Shown piece by piece: positions 1-9,767 of a stretch of 64,000 bases of DNA; the stretch's first letter is position 1; every line of letters begins with the position of its first letter. Location of the stretch: the NCBI GenBank assembly GCA_000002445.1, contig CP000066.1, forward strand, positions 992,001 through 1,056,000. The letters run 5' to 3'. The position numbers and the translations under genes are program-made. This DNA is from Trypanosoma brucei (lineage: Eukaryota). The notes under the pieces were generated by a model, which ran no database searches, was not told the DNA's origin, and saw nothing but the letters and a program-made list of their open reading frames with translations.

Positions 1-2
1 GC

Positions 3-641
3 GCCGGAAGGCACGGCCCCGACGATTTTTTCATCAATGATGTAGATGAGATCAGTCGCCGCGTGGCGCAGATGCGCTCGGCGGATATCAGCAAAGCATG
101 TGCAGATTTGTTTTCGCGATCTGAAGAGATGGACCGGCTACTAAGAGCCCCAGCAAACAATCGCTGGGACGATTGCATGGAGATGGATTGGGGTGGTGAC
201 GACGAGGCCGACTTGATGGCATACCTTGACCAGGATGATTCGGCGGGTTACGCTAATCGTGCAGAGGCCCGTGTGGGGGCTCAGCTTCAGCGTGACCTAC
301 GAACGTTCGACGATGAAGAGATGTATGACGATGATGCGCAGGAAGAGGAGAGTGAGGACCTCGATGATGAATTGGAGAAGGCCGACTTCGAGCGTATGCT
401 CTTAAGCAAGCTTTACTTGCTTGCAGAAAGTGTGGGAATGGAGGATGCAGCTTGCGAGTGTCGAGCAAAGAGACATAAAGAGGGTGAGGCGTTGGGTTTT
501 GGGGGAGGAGAGCCAAGGCAACCTGATACTGTTGATGATTTGGAGGAGGATCATTTGCAGATAAGTGATGATGCGGACAGCGACACTTGGGAGACGGAGG
601 GAGATTTTGAGGAGGAAGAGGTTGAAAGTTCCGGGGGTTAA
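3..641 (+). CDS. 3' part of a highly acidic (D/E-rich) protein; the ORF is open to the window start, so the gene is 5'-truncated here
   Basis: Frame 3 is open from nt 3 with no upstream stop. Extreme D/E content gives a protein-like composition. No domain recognised. Confidence 0.4.
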   Translation, partial: AGRHGPDDFFINDVDEISRRVAQMRSADISKACADLFSRSEEMDRLLRAPANNRWDDCMEMDWGGDDEADLMAYLDQDDSAGYANRAEARVGAQLQRDLRTFDDEEMYDDDAQEEESEDLDDELEKADFERMLLSKLYLLAESVGMEDAACECRAKRHKEGEALGFGGGEPRQPDTVDDLEEDHLQISDDADSDTWETEGDFEEEEVESSGG

Positions 642-1468
642 TCTCGTTGTCTTTACGATCCGGGAACGTTACGGTCTTTCCCAAGGTTTCCGGTAGGAGT
701 CAGTACGAAGTTTAAATCTTTAACGCACGAAATAAGAGGATACCAGATTGTTATTCTATATGGTTTCTCGCTATGAGGGAATGAAGGGAGAATATGTGTC
801 GTTCCTTTCCGCACTCCCGTTTCTTTTCAGAGTTCTGCTGCACTGTCAACTTCCTTATCTTTTACGATCGAACATCCGTGTTGCCAACACTCTCAAGTTC
901 TTTTTTTAAATTTTTGCAAGTCGGATGACTATGATGGTCGAGTTTATCATTTAGAACTGTGTGTGTACGGAAATTCGGCGCAACTGCCGAGTTGGGTTGC
1001 ATTTGAATGCTTTGGTCGGTGTTAGGGTACCTTGCGCGGCCTTGATGAGTTCGGTTGCGTAATATCGGCGTAGTTTTGCCTGTGTGTGTGTGTGTGTTTG
1101 CACGCGTGGAGAAACATGGGAATGACCCGGTTTGTGCTGCTGGTGGGCGTTCATTTTCCCTTTGGGATATGACAGTGAGCAGACTGCTATGCAGACTCTG
1201 AGATTGCACTACATGCCGCGGTTAATTCACACTCACAACCATATACATATTTGTGCTCATGTGCGCCTCATTCCAGAAGTGCTCTGCTGTTTCACAAGAA
1301 AATGTTATTGCTCAACCGTATACGTGGTTGCTTGCATCCAGTATGCTTTCCAAACCCATTTCTTCTTTTCAATTTTTCACGATTCTTGTGCATACCATTT
1401 GCTTCACGTGTATAAGGCAAAATATTATATATATTCAAAGAATATATATTACCTGTGCTGTTTCGATC

Positions 1469-2611
1469 ATGTTGAGGAGGATGGAAGATTGCTATATTGA
1501 TTATGTGGCGGGGCTTCTGGCACGGGGTAACATTGACATGAACGTTGTAAGGACAACACTTGTTTCACTGGGCTTTGATGATAGAAGCATAGACATCATG
1601 CTCGGTGAGGCTCTGAATTTGCGTTGGACGAGTGGTTCCTCATCAACCACACTGACCGCCTCCGAACCCGCCTCGGAGACGGCTTCGAGAACGAGTCTAG
1701 AGAAGGGGGCCGTTCCCTTCCTGTGTGGGGATAACGCGGTTAAGCTCTCACGATCTTATCCATTGGGGGAGGTTCCGGAGGGCACGGGTAGTGTCGACAC
1801 AAGTCAGCAGCGCCTTCCTGTTGACTTTAGGGACAAAATTATATCGTTGTCGAGCACCGGCAGCCATTCGTGCATGTGCCAGGAAGACCCTTCTTCCTCT
1901 TGCACGACTGGTATGGGCTACGAACCTGAGGTTGGATTGCCACCCTTCATCAATGCAGAAGGCTGCCAGCAAGACCGTGGTAATGTGCCAGGTGAGCGCT
2001 ATAAAAGACATTTGGAAGCCTTGGAAGAATTACTCGGTGTTGTCTGGTTTCCTAGCAATGAGGTTGTTGATAGGTGTGTACCCCTGAGAGTGCGGAATGA
2101 GCTGTGCCGAAGCCGACTGAAGAAGTTGATAATGTGTGGCAAGGGGCCAGATAAAATACTTCTCCCCCTGCCACAGTACCTTTATGAAGCGGAACGTGAG
2201 GATTGGGGAACGCCTCAGAAGAGTTACGATGACCGAGCGGTTCGTTTTTTCCGCCATTTGGACACGTGTGATAGACATCATTCCTCCATTCAACGGCGAA
2301 GGAGTCGCTCCCCCCGGCAAAGACGTCCCTGTGATGGTGCCCTGGGTCACTGCGAACTGTGTAGGACCCTATCTTATAGATTTCTTTTATCCTGCAAAGG
2401 AGAACAACGCTCACGGCCGCAGACAACATCCGCCGCCGCTGGTGGTGCGTGCCATGTGAAAATGAGACCGCTTTCTGTTAACACGGTTGGGTGTGGAAGG
2501 ATTAACGTAAAAGCCGTTGCGACGACGCTTCCGCGGCGTGAGGATCGCGTGGGGAAGGCCCTTGCCTACCGTGCTGCGTGGAGCAGATTTGGTCTCTGGC
2601 CTGCGATATAA
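1469..2611 (+). CDS. hypothetical protein (~380 aa); the ORF-track start at 1253 is probably a 5'UTR read-through, and the first plausible ATG is at 1469
   Basis: 1253-1468 is AT-rich, low-complexity and pyrimidine-rich spacer sequence. From 1469 the composition becomes coding-like. No recognisable domain. Confidence 0.45.
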   Translation: MLRRMEDCYIDYVAGLLARGNIDMNVVRTTLVSLGFDDRSIDIMLGEALNLRWTSGSSSTTLTASEPASETASRTSLEKGAVPFLCGDNAVKLSRSYPLGEVPEGTGSVDTSQQRLPVDFRDKIISLSSTGSHSCMCQEDPSSSCTTGMGYEPEVGLPPFINAEGCQQDRGNVPGERYKRHLEALEELLGVVWFPSNEVVDRCVPLRVRNELCRSRLKKLIMCGKGPDKILLPLPQYLYEAEREDWGTPQKSYDDRAVRFFRHLDTCDRHHSSIQRRRSRSPRQRRPCDGALGHCELCRTLSYRFLLSCKGEQRSRPQTTSAAAGGACHVKMRPLSVNTVGCGRINVKAVATTLPRREDRVGKALAYRAAWSRFGLWPAI

Positions 2612-2997
2612 GTTGAGAGTGGTGTGCTGATTTTGACATCTTGTTAGGTGTGCGGGTCAGCGGGCGCACTATTATCGGTGTGTTTTCCCTTTTGTTGCCA
2701 GCGAGAATTGCACCCCCTTTCCCTTTCTTTTTGTTTTCACGAGCTCTTCGCTTGTATAGCGAGGCTTTAGTGCCACGTACGTGTTGTGCTGGGTCGTTTT
2801 TACCGCGACAGGTGACATAGATTTTTCCTTCTGCTCGTTGCGAACCTCACGTGGATACTGCTCTCTTGGTGGGTAGCCTCAGTCTACATGGCAAACCCTT
2901 GCGTGTAATGGAGGGGGCTTGCCTTTGACTTCTGCTTGAACATTTCTAGTTTATACTCAGCTTGTTTCGCAGGGAAGGTTCAAAATAGAAGAGTGTA

Positions 2998-4533
2998 ATG
3001 ATGTCAACTGCCCCAACGGGTGGTTTTGGCGGCTTTGGCGCCGCGGCGAAGGGTGGTTTTGGAGCAGTGACGGCGACGGGAGGTACTGGCTTTGGAACTG
3101 CAGCAACGGGGAGTACAGGCAACTTTGGTGGCTTCGGAACCGCAACGGGGAGTGGTTTTGCTGCCGTTACAACCACTGGCACATTTGGTGGATTCGGTGC
3201 TGGTAAGGGTTTCGGCACGACTGTTGCTACCCCCGCTCAGCCTCACCTTCCTCAGTACAAGGGTATTAAAGGTCCAGGTTCATCGACCGAATGGCTTCAT
3301 GGTGTTAACCTTTCCATCCTTCGTGATGACGTCGTATTTGAAGACCTTCCCGTTCCTCTGCAGCAGCATCTCACAGACTTTCACAACTTCATACAAGCGG
3401 AACACGATGCTAAGCAGGTTGTTGAGGCCTTTTTGACGGATTCCGCAACACCGAATGCAACTCCTGCACCTAGCTATAGAGAGTTGGTTAAAAAGATGAA
3501 TCAACTCGCAAGTGGGGAGAACGCTGTTGATGGCATTCGTGTGGAGTGTTTTGAACGTGAGGTTCAAGCGCATCGGCTCGGACAAACCCTGGATAAATGT
3601 GAGGACGACATCCTTGACTATATGAAGAATGTTTGGAAGCCGCTTTCTGAGATTGATTTTACGCAGCGTGCTGGTGGTAACAGGCCAAAACCCGCATCTG
3701 AGCCATTTCAACGTATTCTTCGTGAAATTCAGGGATGCATGGACGCCATTTCGGCAGCTGTCTCTGAGTTGGAGGCCGCGGTGGTGCCCTGTGGTCGGCG
3801 GGTGAGGGGTCCAGTTACCGATGATGCCAGCAGGAGTAACGCCGCACCGGAGCCGCCTTGCGCCTCTGCCTCCGAGTTTCTTACAAAACTTACTGGTGGT
3901 GTAGAATTGCCTGATGTTCCGCCACCTGGATTGGGCTCGGCTGCGTCGGCACATCCCGTTTCTCGGATAAACGCATCTCTGAGCAACCAGTTAACAACCC
4001 TTCTGAATTTGGCCGCGTGGACACTGCGGCTTCACACGAGGGCTGATAGCGCCCGCGATCTCTTTGTTCACAACTACGGGACATCAGAGGCGGAGTTGCT
4101 TCTTGCTCAGCAGCATCAGCAAGCAGAGTCGTCTGCGGGGCCTCGGAGACCATTTTTGTTGCCTTCCTCTACCGGTGCAGCGGCGGCGGAGGTTAACCAA
4201 GACACTGTGGGTGATATTCATAGGCGTTCTGCCTTTCCTCACCGCTCAAAGGCCTTGTCCAACGGGGAACGCAAGATGCAGTACGATGTTCTTCTCGAGC
4301 GAAAGTATCAAACAGCCGCCCCGGCAGCTGCACCACTGTCAACAGCAACTGCTTCCGGTACCGCTTCTTCAGTTGCCGGAGCGACTCTTGGCGCAACATC
4401 GTCAACCTCCACCATAGCTACCGGTTTTGGCGCTCCCCAGTCTTTAGGTACAATCGGAGGCGCCACCATATTTGGTGCGGGGACCTCTGCTGCTGACCCA
4501 AGGAAGACCCTGAACAAAACCGGTCGCTCATAA
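2998..4533 (+). CDS. FG-repeat nucleoporin (GGFG/GFGT repeats at both termini, central helical domain)
   Basis: N-terminus carries GGFGGFGAAAKGGFG...GFGT repeats. The C-terminus has ATGFGAPQ and IFGAG FG-type repeats. The middle is a charged alpha-helical segment. This architecture matches trypanosome FG-Nups of the Nup53/62 class. Confidence 0.7.
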   Translation: MMSTAPTGGFGGFGAAAKGGFGAVTATGGTGFGTAATGSTGNFGGFGTATGSGFAAVTTTGTFGGFGAGKGFGTTVATPAQPHLPQYKGIKGPGSSTEWLHGVNLSILRDDVVFEDLPVPLQQHLTDFHNFIQAEHDAKQVVEAFLTDSATPNATPAPSYRELVKKMNQLASGENAVDGIRVECFEREVQAHRLGQTLDKCEDDILDYMKNVWKPLSEIDFTQRAGGNRPKPASEPFQRILREIQGCMDAISAAVSELEAAVVPCGRRVRGPVTDDASRSNAAPEPPCASASEFLTKLTGGVELPDVPPPGLGSAASAHPVSRINASLSNQLTTLLNLAAWTLRLHTRADSARDLFVHNYGTSEAELLLAQQHQQAESSAGPRRPFLLPSSTGAAAAEVNQDTVGDIHRRSAFPHRSKALSNGERKMQYDVLLERKYQTAAPAAAPLSTATASGTASSVAGATLGATSSTSTIATGFGAPQSLGTIGGATIFGAGTSAADPRKTLNKTGRS

Positions 4534-4713
4534 TACCTCCGTCGCAAGGGTATTCGAACGGTGCATGTGTGCAGGGTTGCTTTGATTCCGCCGCCGGCGT
4601 CCCCCTGCTGTAGCCGGGGTCTGACATATGTTGTCTTCAGGGTGTTGACCGCTTCGGTAGCCACCCGCCTGCAGTTTTTACTTCATTTTACTCCAACTAT
4701 GTCATGCCGGGGC

Positions 4714-4810
4714 TGCCCCCTTTCTTTCCTTTTCTTTCCTTATGCTTTCGTTAAATTGCCTTCGTCTTTCTCTTACTACTTTGCTTTTTCCGGGTCGATT
4801 TTGCGTTCCC
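4714..4810 (+). promoter_or_regulatory. polypyrimidine tract upstream of the 1163-aa ORF
   Basis: ccccctttctttccttttctttccttatgctttcg...ctttctcttactactttgctttttcc, immediately 5' of the ATG at 4854. Confidence 0.4.
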
Positions 4811-4853
4811 ATATTGCAACGCGGTTGCTAAAATTCAAGTCACGGTAGATGAG

Positions 4854-7800
4854 ATGTCACACTCTGCCTTTTTGCACAATCGCCTGTGGAGAAAACAGGC
4901 TGGGGGGTTGACAATAAAGAGTTTCAACCGTTTTGACGATTTAGGGCCGCTTACAGTGCCGGTTTCACCCCCAACAAGCGATTTATCAGATGCTGGTATT
5001 ACCGTGCGCCGCTCTGCTTACTCCGTGCTCAGGATGCGTAACAGTCAACCGGGCGTATGCGCGCAAAATTTACTTTCTTGCTCTGGTAAAAGTATTGAAC
5101 CCGAGATGCACAAGTGCTGCTGTTCCGCCTTGTTGTACCGGTCGCCACACCGTGGCGAGGCATCAACAACCTTGTCATCGGATGAGGAGCTGGAGCGTGA
5201 CGATTTTGTGTTTTCGCTAAAGCTCGCAGAAGTGGAGCAGATGCTGCAGGAGCTTGTAGGAGTGGTACGGTATGAGGAGTTGGTTGGCCCGGCTCTAGCA
5301 GATGCTCGATGGATTGGAATGTGTCAGAGCATGCCAGAGGCGGTTGAAGGTGCAGGGGGTTGGATTGCGCGGGTGCTTTTAACTCCGGAGGAAGAGCACC
5401 GTATCAAGTGGCTGCGTGAGGATGGGGTGCAGCTATCCGACAAGCTTGCTTGCATTCCGTCATTCAAAGCGTTATACGTTGCATTCCACACAGTAGGAGG
5501 GGAGGGCTTGGGATTGAGCCACTTTGAGGTCATTGAGAAGCGGATGCGAGAGGGCTCCGTGAAGTGGGACATGTCTGATGCTGCTGTCGCATGCTTCTTT
5601 GCAATGCACCGCGTGGAGTCGCGTCCTTTTTGCTGCCATGTGGTGCGTGATGTGTTGCTGGAGACGGGATCGCAGGGGGGCATGGTGGCTGCAACGGCTC
5701 CTGAGCCGACGCTGCGTCACGTATTAGGGGCTACGCTGTTATTACGCATGGTGGGAGTGTTGTTGCTTGAGGCGCAGGGGACTAGTGGTGCGGGGTTGGA
5801 TCCTCCCATGTACCTGTTTGCAGCCATCACAGAGTTTCTCGCATTTGTTAAATCCCTTCCAGTGGGTAGGTTTACTTGCGTCTTAAGGGAAATTGCAGTT
5901 GAATGCCGCGCAAGGGTGGCATCGCTTGCATCTTTTTATACTGTTCCGGTGGGTAGTTCGTGTCTACCGGATTTCACCTTGTGGCTGCTGCGAGAGGTTC
6001 CCAACTCCGCCTCGTGCCACCTCCACTTTCGTCACATGACGTTGCGCAGTCATACGGAGGCCATCACATTACTGGAGAAATCATTCCTCCTTTCACCCCA
6101 GTGTCTGGATCTTCATGTGGTGGTGGATGTTTTGTTCCCCCTCCTTGATTCTAGCGAGGTGGACGACTTCTACTTCATTGTGTTTAATGAGGTGCTTACC
6201 AGACTTGGGGAACGACTCCATCGCAACGTACAGTCGTTCACAGAAGACGACTTTCGGCTCATCACCGCCCTTGGAGTTCGTCTTTTTGAGGGACAAGGGA
6301 GTGGGTTGGGTCAGTCCTCCTCTCAAACCGCTGGAAACTGCCCCTTCGATGCGAAAAAGCTTGAGCAACTGGAGCAGCTTCAGGTGATGGGTGGTAGCCC
6401 GTGGTCATTCATTGTGCTCTCTTATGATTATCTCAAGGAGGTTATGCGGTCACTAGTCAGGGATGGGCGGCAGTCGAGGTATCAACGTCAATATGGAAGG
6501 TCCCCCATATCGAGTGTCGCTGAAGCGGCCGCTCTTGGTGGCGGTGGTGGGATTCAGCGCAAATCGCTGTTTCCTAAGGCTGTGGAACGTGGTAAGAACA
6601 ACATTCCGTGCATCATCACAACAACCGGTACTGAGTGCCCCGACGCGAGCGAAGGGGGCCTTGGATCCGATGGTGCCATGACGTTTAGGAAAGGGTATCC
6701 ATTGCTGTCGCCATCGTCATTAACTTCACTGCGGGAACGCTTTGTTGTGTTTGTTGAGGAGTTGGTGAAGACCCTTGTTGACGAGAGAGGAATTCATCAC
6801 CGCAGTTCCAGCGTGGTGAGTGATGATTTGTTTACGTTCGTGAGCAAACATATGTCTTTGCCCAACATTCATGACGAGTACCGCCGAAAGATATATCTTT
6901 TGGTTAACATAATGACCAAAGAAACATCCACAAGGATAGGTGATGAGGGCAGGAGTATCGCTACATCTGAGGACGATATCCCGCCGGAGCTCCGCTATCT
7001 TGTCACGTCTCTTTCTCTGATGCTTTCCCCGTGGGCGGCAGTAATGATTCTGCGGGATGTTTTGAGCGAGTCGTCTGGGATGAACCCCCGCTACACTTAC
7101 GTCCTTAACGCCGCAATCGACCTACAGTTGCCCACATCTACAACGCGCTCGCGCATGGCAACGACGCTTAACATGTGGCGTTTCATAAGTTCGCAATCAA
7201 GAAAGATGACGTTCGCCGAGCATATGGCTATGAAGCGGCGTTGCGCCGTAAACATTCCCCTTTCGTACATACTGTCATCATACTGGTCCCTTTTGACGTG
7301 GCTAACGCTTCTGACAATTGTTGGTCTTAATGTTGCCGGGCTTGACCTGGAGTCACAATACGCTGCCACTTGCCTGTTTCGTGATTTTGCGCCACCCGAA
7401 GATGTTATCGTACCCCTTGCAGATGAGTCCTGCCTCAACACAGTCCACGGTGCCGTTTCTAGCTACTTTGAGGGCTCGGGACTGAATGGGGCCAAGGGGC
7501 TAACGGGAAAGAGTGGAAGAAGGGAGGTAACGTGGGATCGCATTTCGCAAGAGGGACTGTTTTCGTCGGCGCCATATATTTTCTCACGTGCCGCGGACCG
7601 TAGACTTCCTATGACTGTTGTTTCCGTCGGCAGCGAGGGGAGTGTGTCTGCTGTTGATCAAGTTTCGAGGGAGTTCGCATGTGCCTCCACATTTCTCCAC
7701 GAGCTGGCAGGCAGGTCGATTTTTCCATTTTATCTTTCAATTGATCAGATGCTCTCGGCCGATCTTATCGTTGCTCGCGTGGCGGAACGTATACGGAGGG

Positions 7801-8345
7801 TTTCGTTTGACAATGCTTGGTTTGTCAGTCGAGCTGTCTTTCGAACCTTCCCGTTGGGCCGAGCCCACACCGAACATAGTTTAGTCACCCATACCTGTGA
7901 TCAGGCGAGTTCCAAGCGTCGGCGGATTACTTTTCTCTTGTACGTTCAACGCAACATTCCCATACCGCCTCAGTTATTATTGCGTCTTAGCGACAGTGTG
8001 CTTGCGCAGCATGGGGATCTTGTACTTGTGACGCACGATGTTAGCTTGAAGGTCGGGGGTTGTACTCCTAAGGTGCTTGAGCAACTCGCCGAAGCGCACC
8101 GGATTCGTTGTATACCGTGCGCACCAACAGGTGGAGTAGATGGCGGTGAATCAATGTGTTTGAGTAGGTTCTGGGAGTTGTGGGCCCATGGGAACGAATT
8201 AACTCGCAGGTGTGGGGCGTTCGCAAAGCTTTTGTGGTCTGCTGACCATGTTGTATGTTCAAGCCGACACTTAAGGAATCCTTCTGCAGCTGCTCTACAT
8301 CCTACCAAGCGCGTGCTAACCGATTTCCGTTGCTACAGTCTTTAA
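4854..8345 (+). CDS. large hypothetical protein (1163 aa), Leu/Ser-rich, no recognisable domain
   Basis: Uninterrupted 3.5 kb ORF on the sense strand of the transcription unit, with an upstream polypyrimidine tract at 4714-4810. Confidence 0.6.
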   Translation: MSHSAFLHNRLWRKQAGGLTIKSFNRFDDLGPLTVPVSPPTSDLSDAGITVRRSAYSVLRMRNSQPGVCAQNLLSCSGKSIEPEMHKCCCSALLYRSPHRGEASTTLSSDEELERDDFVFSLKLAEVEQMLQELVGVVRYEELVGPALADARWIGMCQSMPEAVEGAGGWIARVLLTPEEEHRIKWLREDGVQLSDKLACIPSFKALYVAFHTVGGEGLGLSHFEVIEKRMREGSVKWDMSDAAVACFFAMHRVESRPFCCHVVRDVLLETGSQGGMVAATAPEPTLRHVLGATLLLRMVGVLLLEAQGTSGAGLDPPMYLFAAITEFLAFVKSLPVGRFTCVLREIAVECRARVASLASFYTVPVGSSCLPDFTLWLLREVPNSASCHLHFRHMTLRSHTEAITLLEKSFLLSPQCLDLHVVVDVLFPLLDSSEVDDFYFIVFNEVLTRLGERLHRNVQSFTEDDFRLITALGVRLFEGQGSGLGQSSSQTAGNCPFDAKKLEQLEQLQVMGGSPWSFIVLSYDYLKEVMRSLVRDGRQSRYQRQYGRSPISSVAEAAALGGGGGIQRKSLFPKAVERGKNNIPCIITTTGTECPDASEGGLGSDGAMTFRKGYPLLSPSSLTSLRERFVVFVEELVKTLVDERGIHHRSSSVVSDDLFTFVSKHMSLPNIHDEYRRKIYLLVNIMTKETSTRIGDEGRSIATSEDDIPPELRYLVTSLSLMLSPWAAVMILRDVLSESSGMNPRYTYVLNAAIDLQLPTSTTRSRMATTLNMWRFISSQSRKMTFAEHMAMKRRCAVNIPLSYILSSYWSLLTWLTLLTIVGLNVAGLDLESQYAATCLFRDFAPPEDVIVPLADESCLNTVHGAVSSYFEGSGLNGAKGLTGKSGRREVTWDRISQEGLFSSAPYIFSRAADRRLPMTVVSVGSEGSVSAVDQVSREFACASTFLHELAGRSIFPFYLSIDQMLSADLIVARVAERIRRVSFDNAWFVSRAVFRTFPLGRAHTEHSLVTHTCDQASSKRRRITFLLYVQRNIPIPPQLLLRLSDSVLAQHGDLVLVTHDVSLKVGGCTPKVLEQLAEAHRIRCIPCAPTGGVDGGESMCLSRFWELWAHGNELTRRCGAFAKLLWSADHVVCSSRHLRNPSAAALHPTKRVLTDFRCYSL

Positions 8346-9767
8346 TGCGAGGGGCGTATTCGAATGGTGAAGGAAGCGCAGATATGTAAGGCTGTGAAAA
8401 GCTAGGGTGCAGTTTGTCGCGGTCTTTGGATTGCCGTGATGCTTTTTCCTCATAGTCTCCAGTCGTCATGGTTATTGTCGTACTTCCATTTTTTTCTTTT
8501 TTTGTTTCAGGTTCTTTCCTCCCTTGTACCTTTTGCGCAAAGCGATCATACGTCATGTGATTACGGTATAGCTTTGACAATTTCAACTCCCTGTTGGAGC
8601 CTATCGTCGTTTTTGTTCCGCCCGTTGCTCTTACCATCACTTTACTGTTGTTGTGTTGTTTCTGCTTGCTCCTCGTTGCACCGACTACGGGTTTCAAAAT
8701 GTGGGGGATGGGCGTGTTTGTAAGGCGTCATAATGCTGTCCATCTTTTTATTTCCCCCCCGCAATGGGTCTATCGATGCGTACCGCGCCTTCTTAAAATT
8801 CTTTTATTATCCTCCTCACGTGCCATACCTCAGGACCGCTACTGGAGGGTAATACGACGTCACGCCAACGTGTGTGTGTGTGTGGCTTTATGTAGGAAAA
8901 TGTGTGTTGGTGTCCCATAGTTTGTTTTCCAGTTCCTGCTGGGGGGTAAAAATCTCAGGTTAGTTGCCCTTGAAAGATTTGTGTAATTCGATGCGTGGTG
9001 TTACTTTTTTTTGTTGCATATTGTTTCATTTAAGCGGTTCTTGGGCCAGGTGGACACTCACTGGCTTGCTTTACAGAATTCAACACGTGTGTACGTTAGT
9101 AGTGGGTTGCGGGAGGAAAGAGGGGAGGGGTGCATGTGAGGTTTTGTGATCAGCTCTTTCTTTGAACCTAATGCGTACTTCATTACTTTGGAAGAGGGAG
9201 GATGAGTTGACTTTCTCATGTGAGCACCCTTACCGACTGACTGCCGCCTTTCCTATTTGATTAGAGCGACCGAGCACAAACTCCTACACAAAACTAACCT
9301 CAAGGACCTTTTATTCCGGTTCTGCATGTTTAGTTTTTGTTGTGTGTGATGTGGACTGAGACTGAGCTACGCTCATCAGCTGTCAACGATAGTAAGTCTT
9401 CCTTCCACACACGTACACACGCATATATTGGCATGCGTGCCGTTAGAATGTGTAGGGTGTCAATGAAACAATATGTTCCTGTAATGATTCAGCAATACCC
9501 CTTTTGTGAATCCATATGGAGGTAAGGAGATACACGTACCATTTCATGCACTCGCACCCATTCCTTCCCCATCTTTCCTTTTTTTCTCTGTTGTTGTTTC
9601 GTGTGGATACTGAAATAAGGGAAAGAAATAATAAAAACGAAAAGTTCTCGGAAGTAAAAAGGAGGAACACAACAAAGAGAGAAGACGAAGAGGGAAAAAA
9701 AGTTCGCTTGCTAAAGGTCATTTTTCTAAAAAAAGGTTAACTTAAGAAGGGTGGGTGAACGGAAACA

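Noticed and set aside
1253-1468. N-terminal 72 codons of the 452-aa ORF
   Set aside because: The sequence is AT-rich with TATATA stretches and pyrimidine runs typical of spacer. It was treated as 5'UTR read-through, with the gene start placed at 1469.
8346-8365. tRNA T-loop-like motifs (ggcgtattcgaatgg here; gggtattcgaacgg at ~4548)
   Set aside because: They are only 10-12 nt resemblances to GGTTCGAATCC. The surrounding sequence cannot be folded into acceptor, D or anticodon arms, so they are not tRNA genes.
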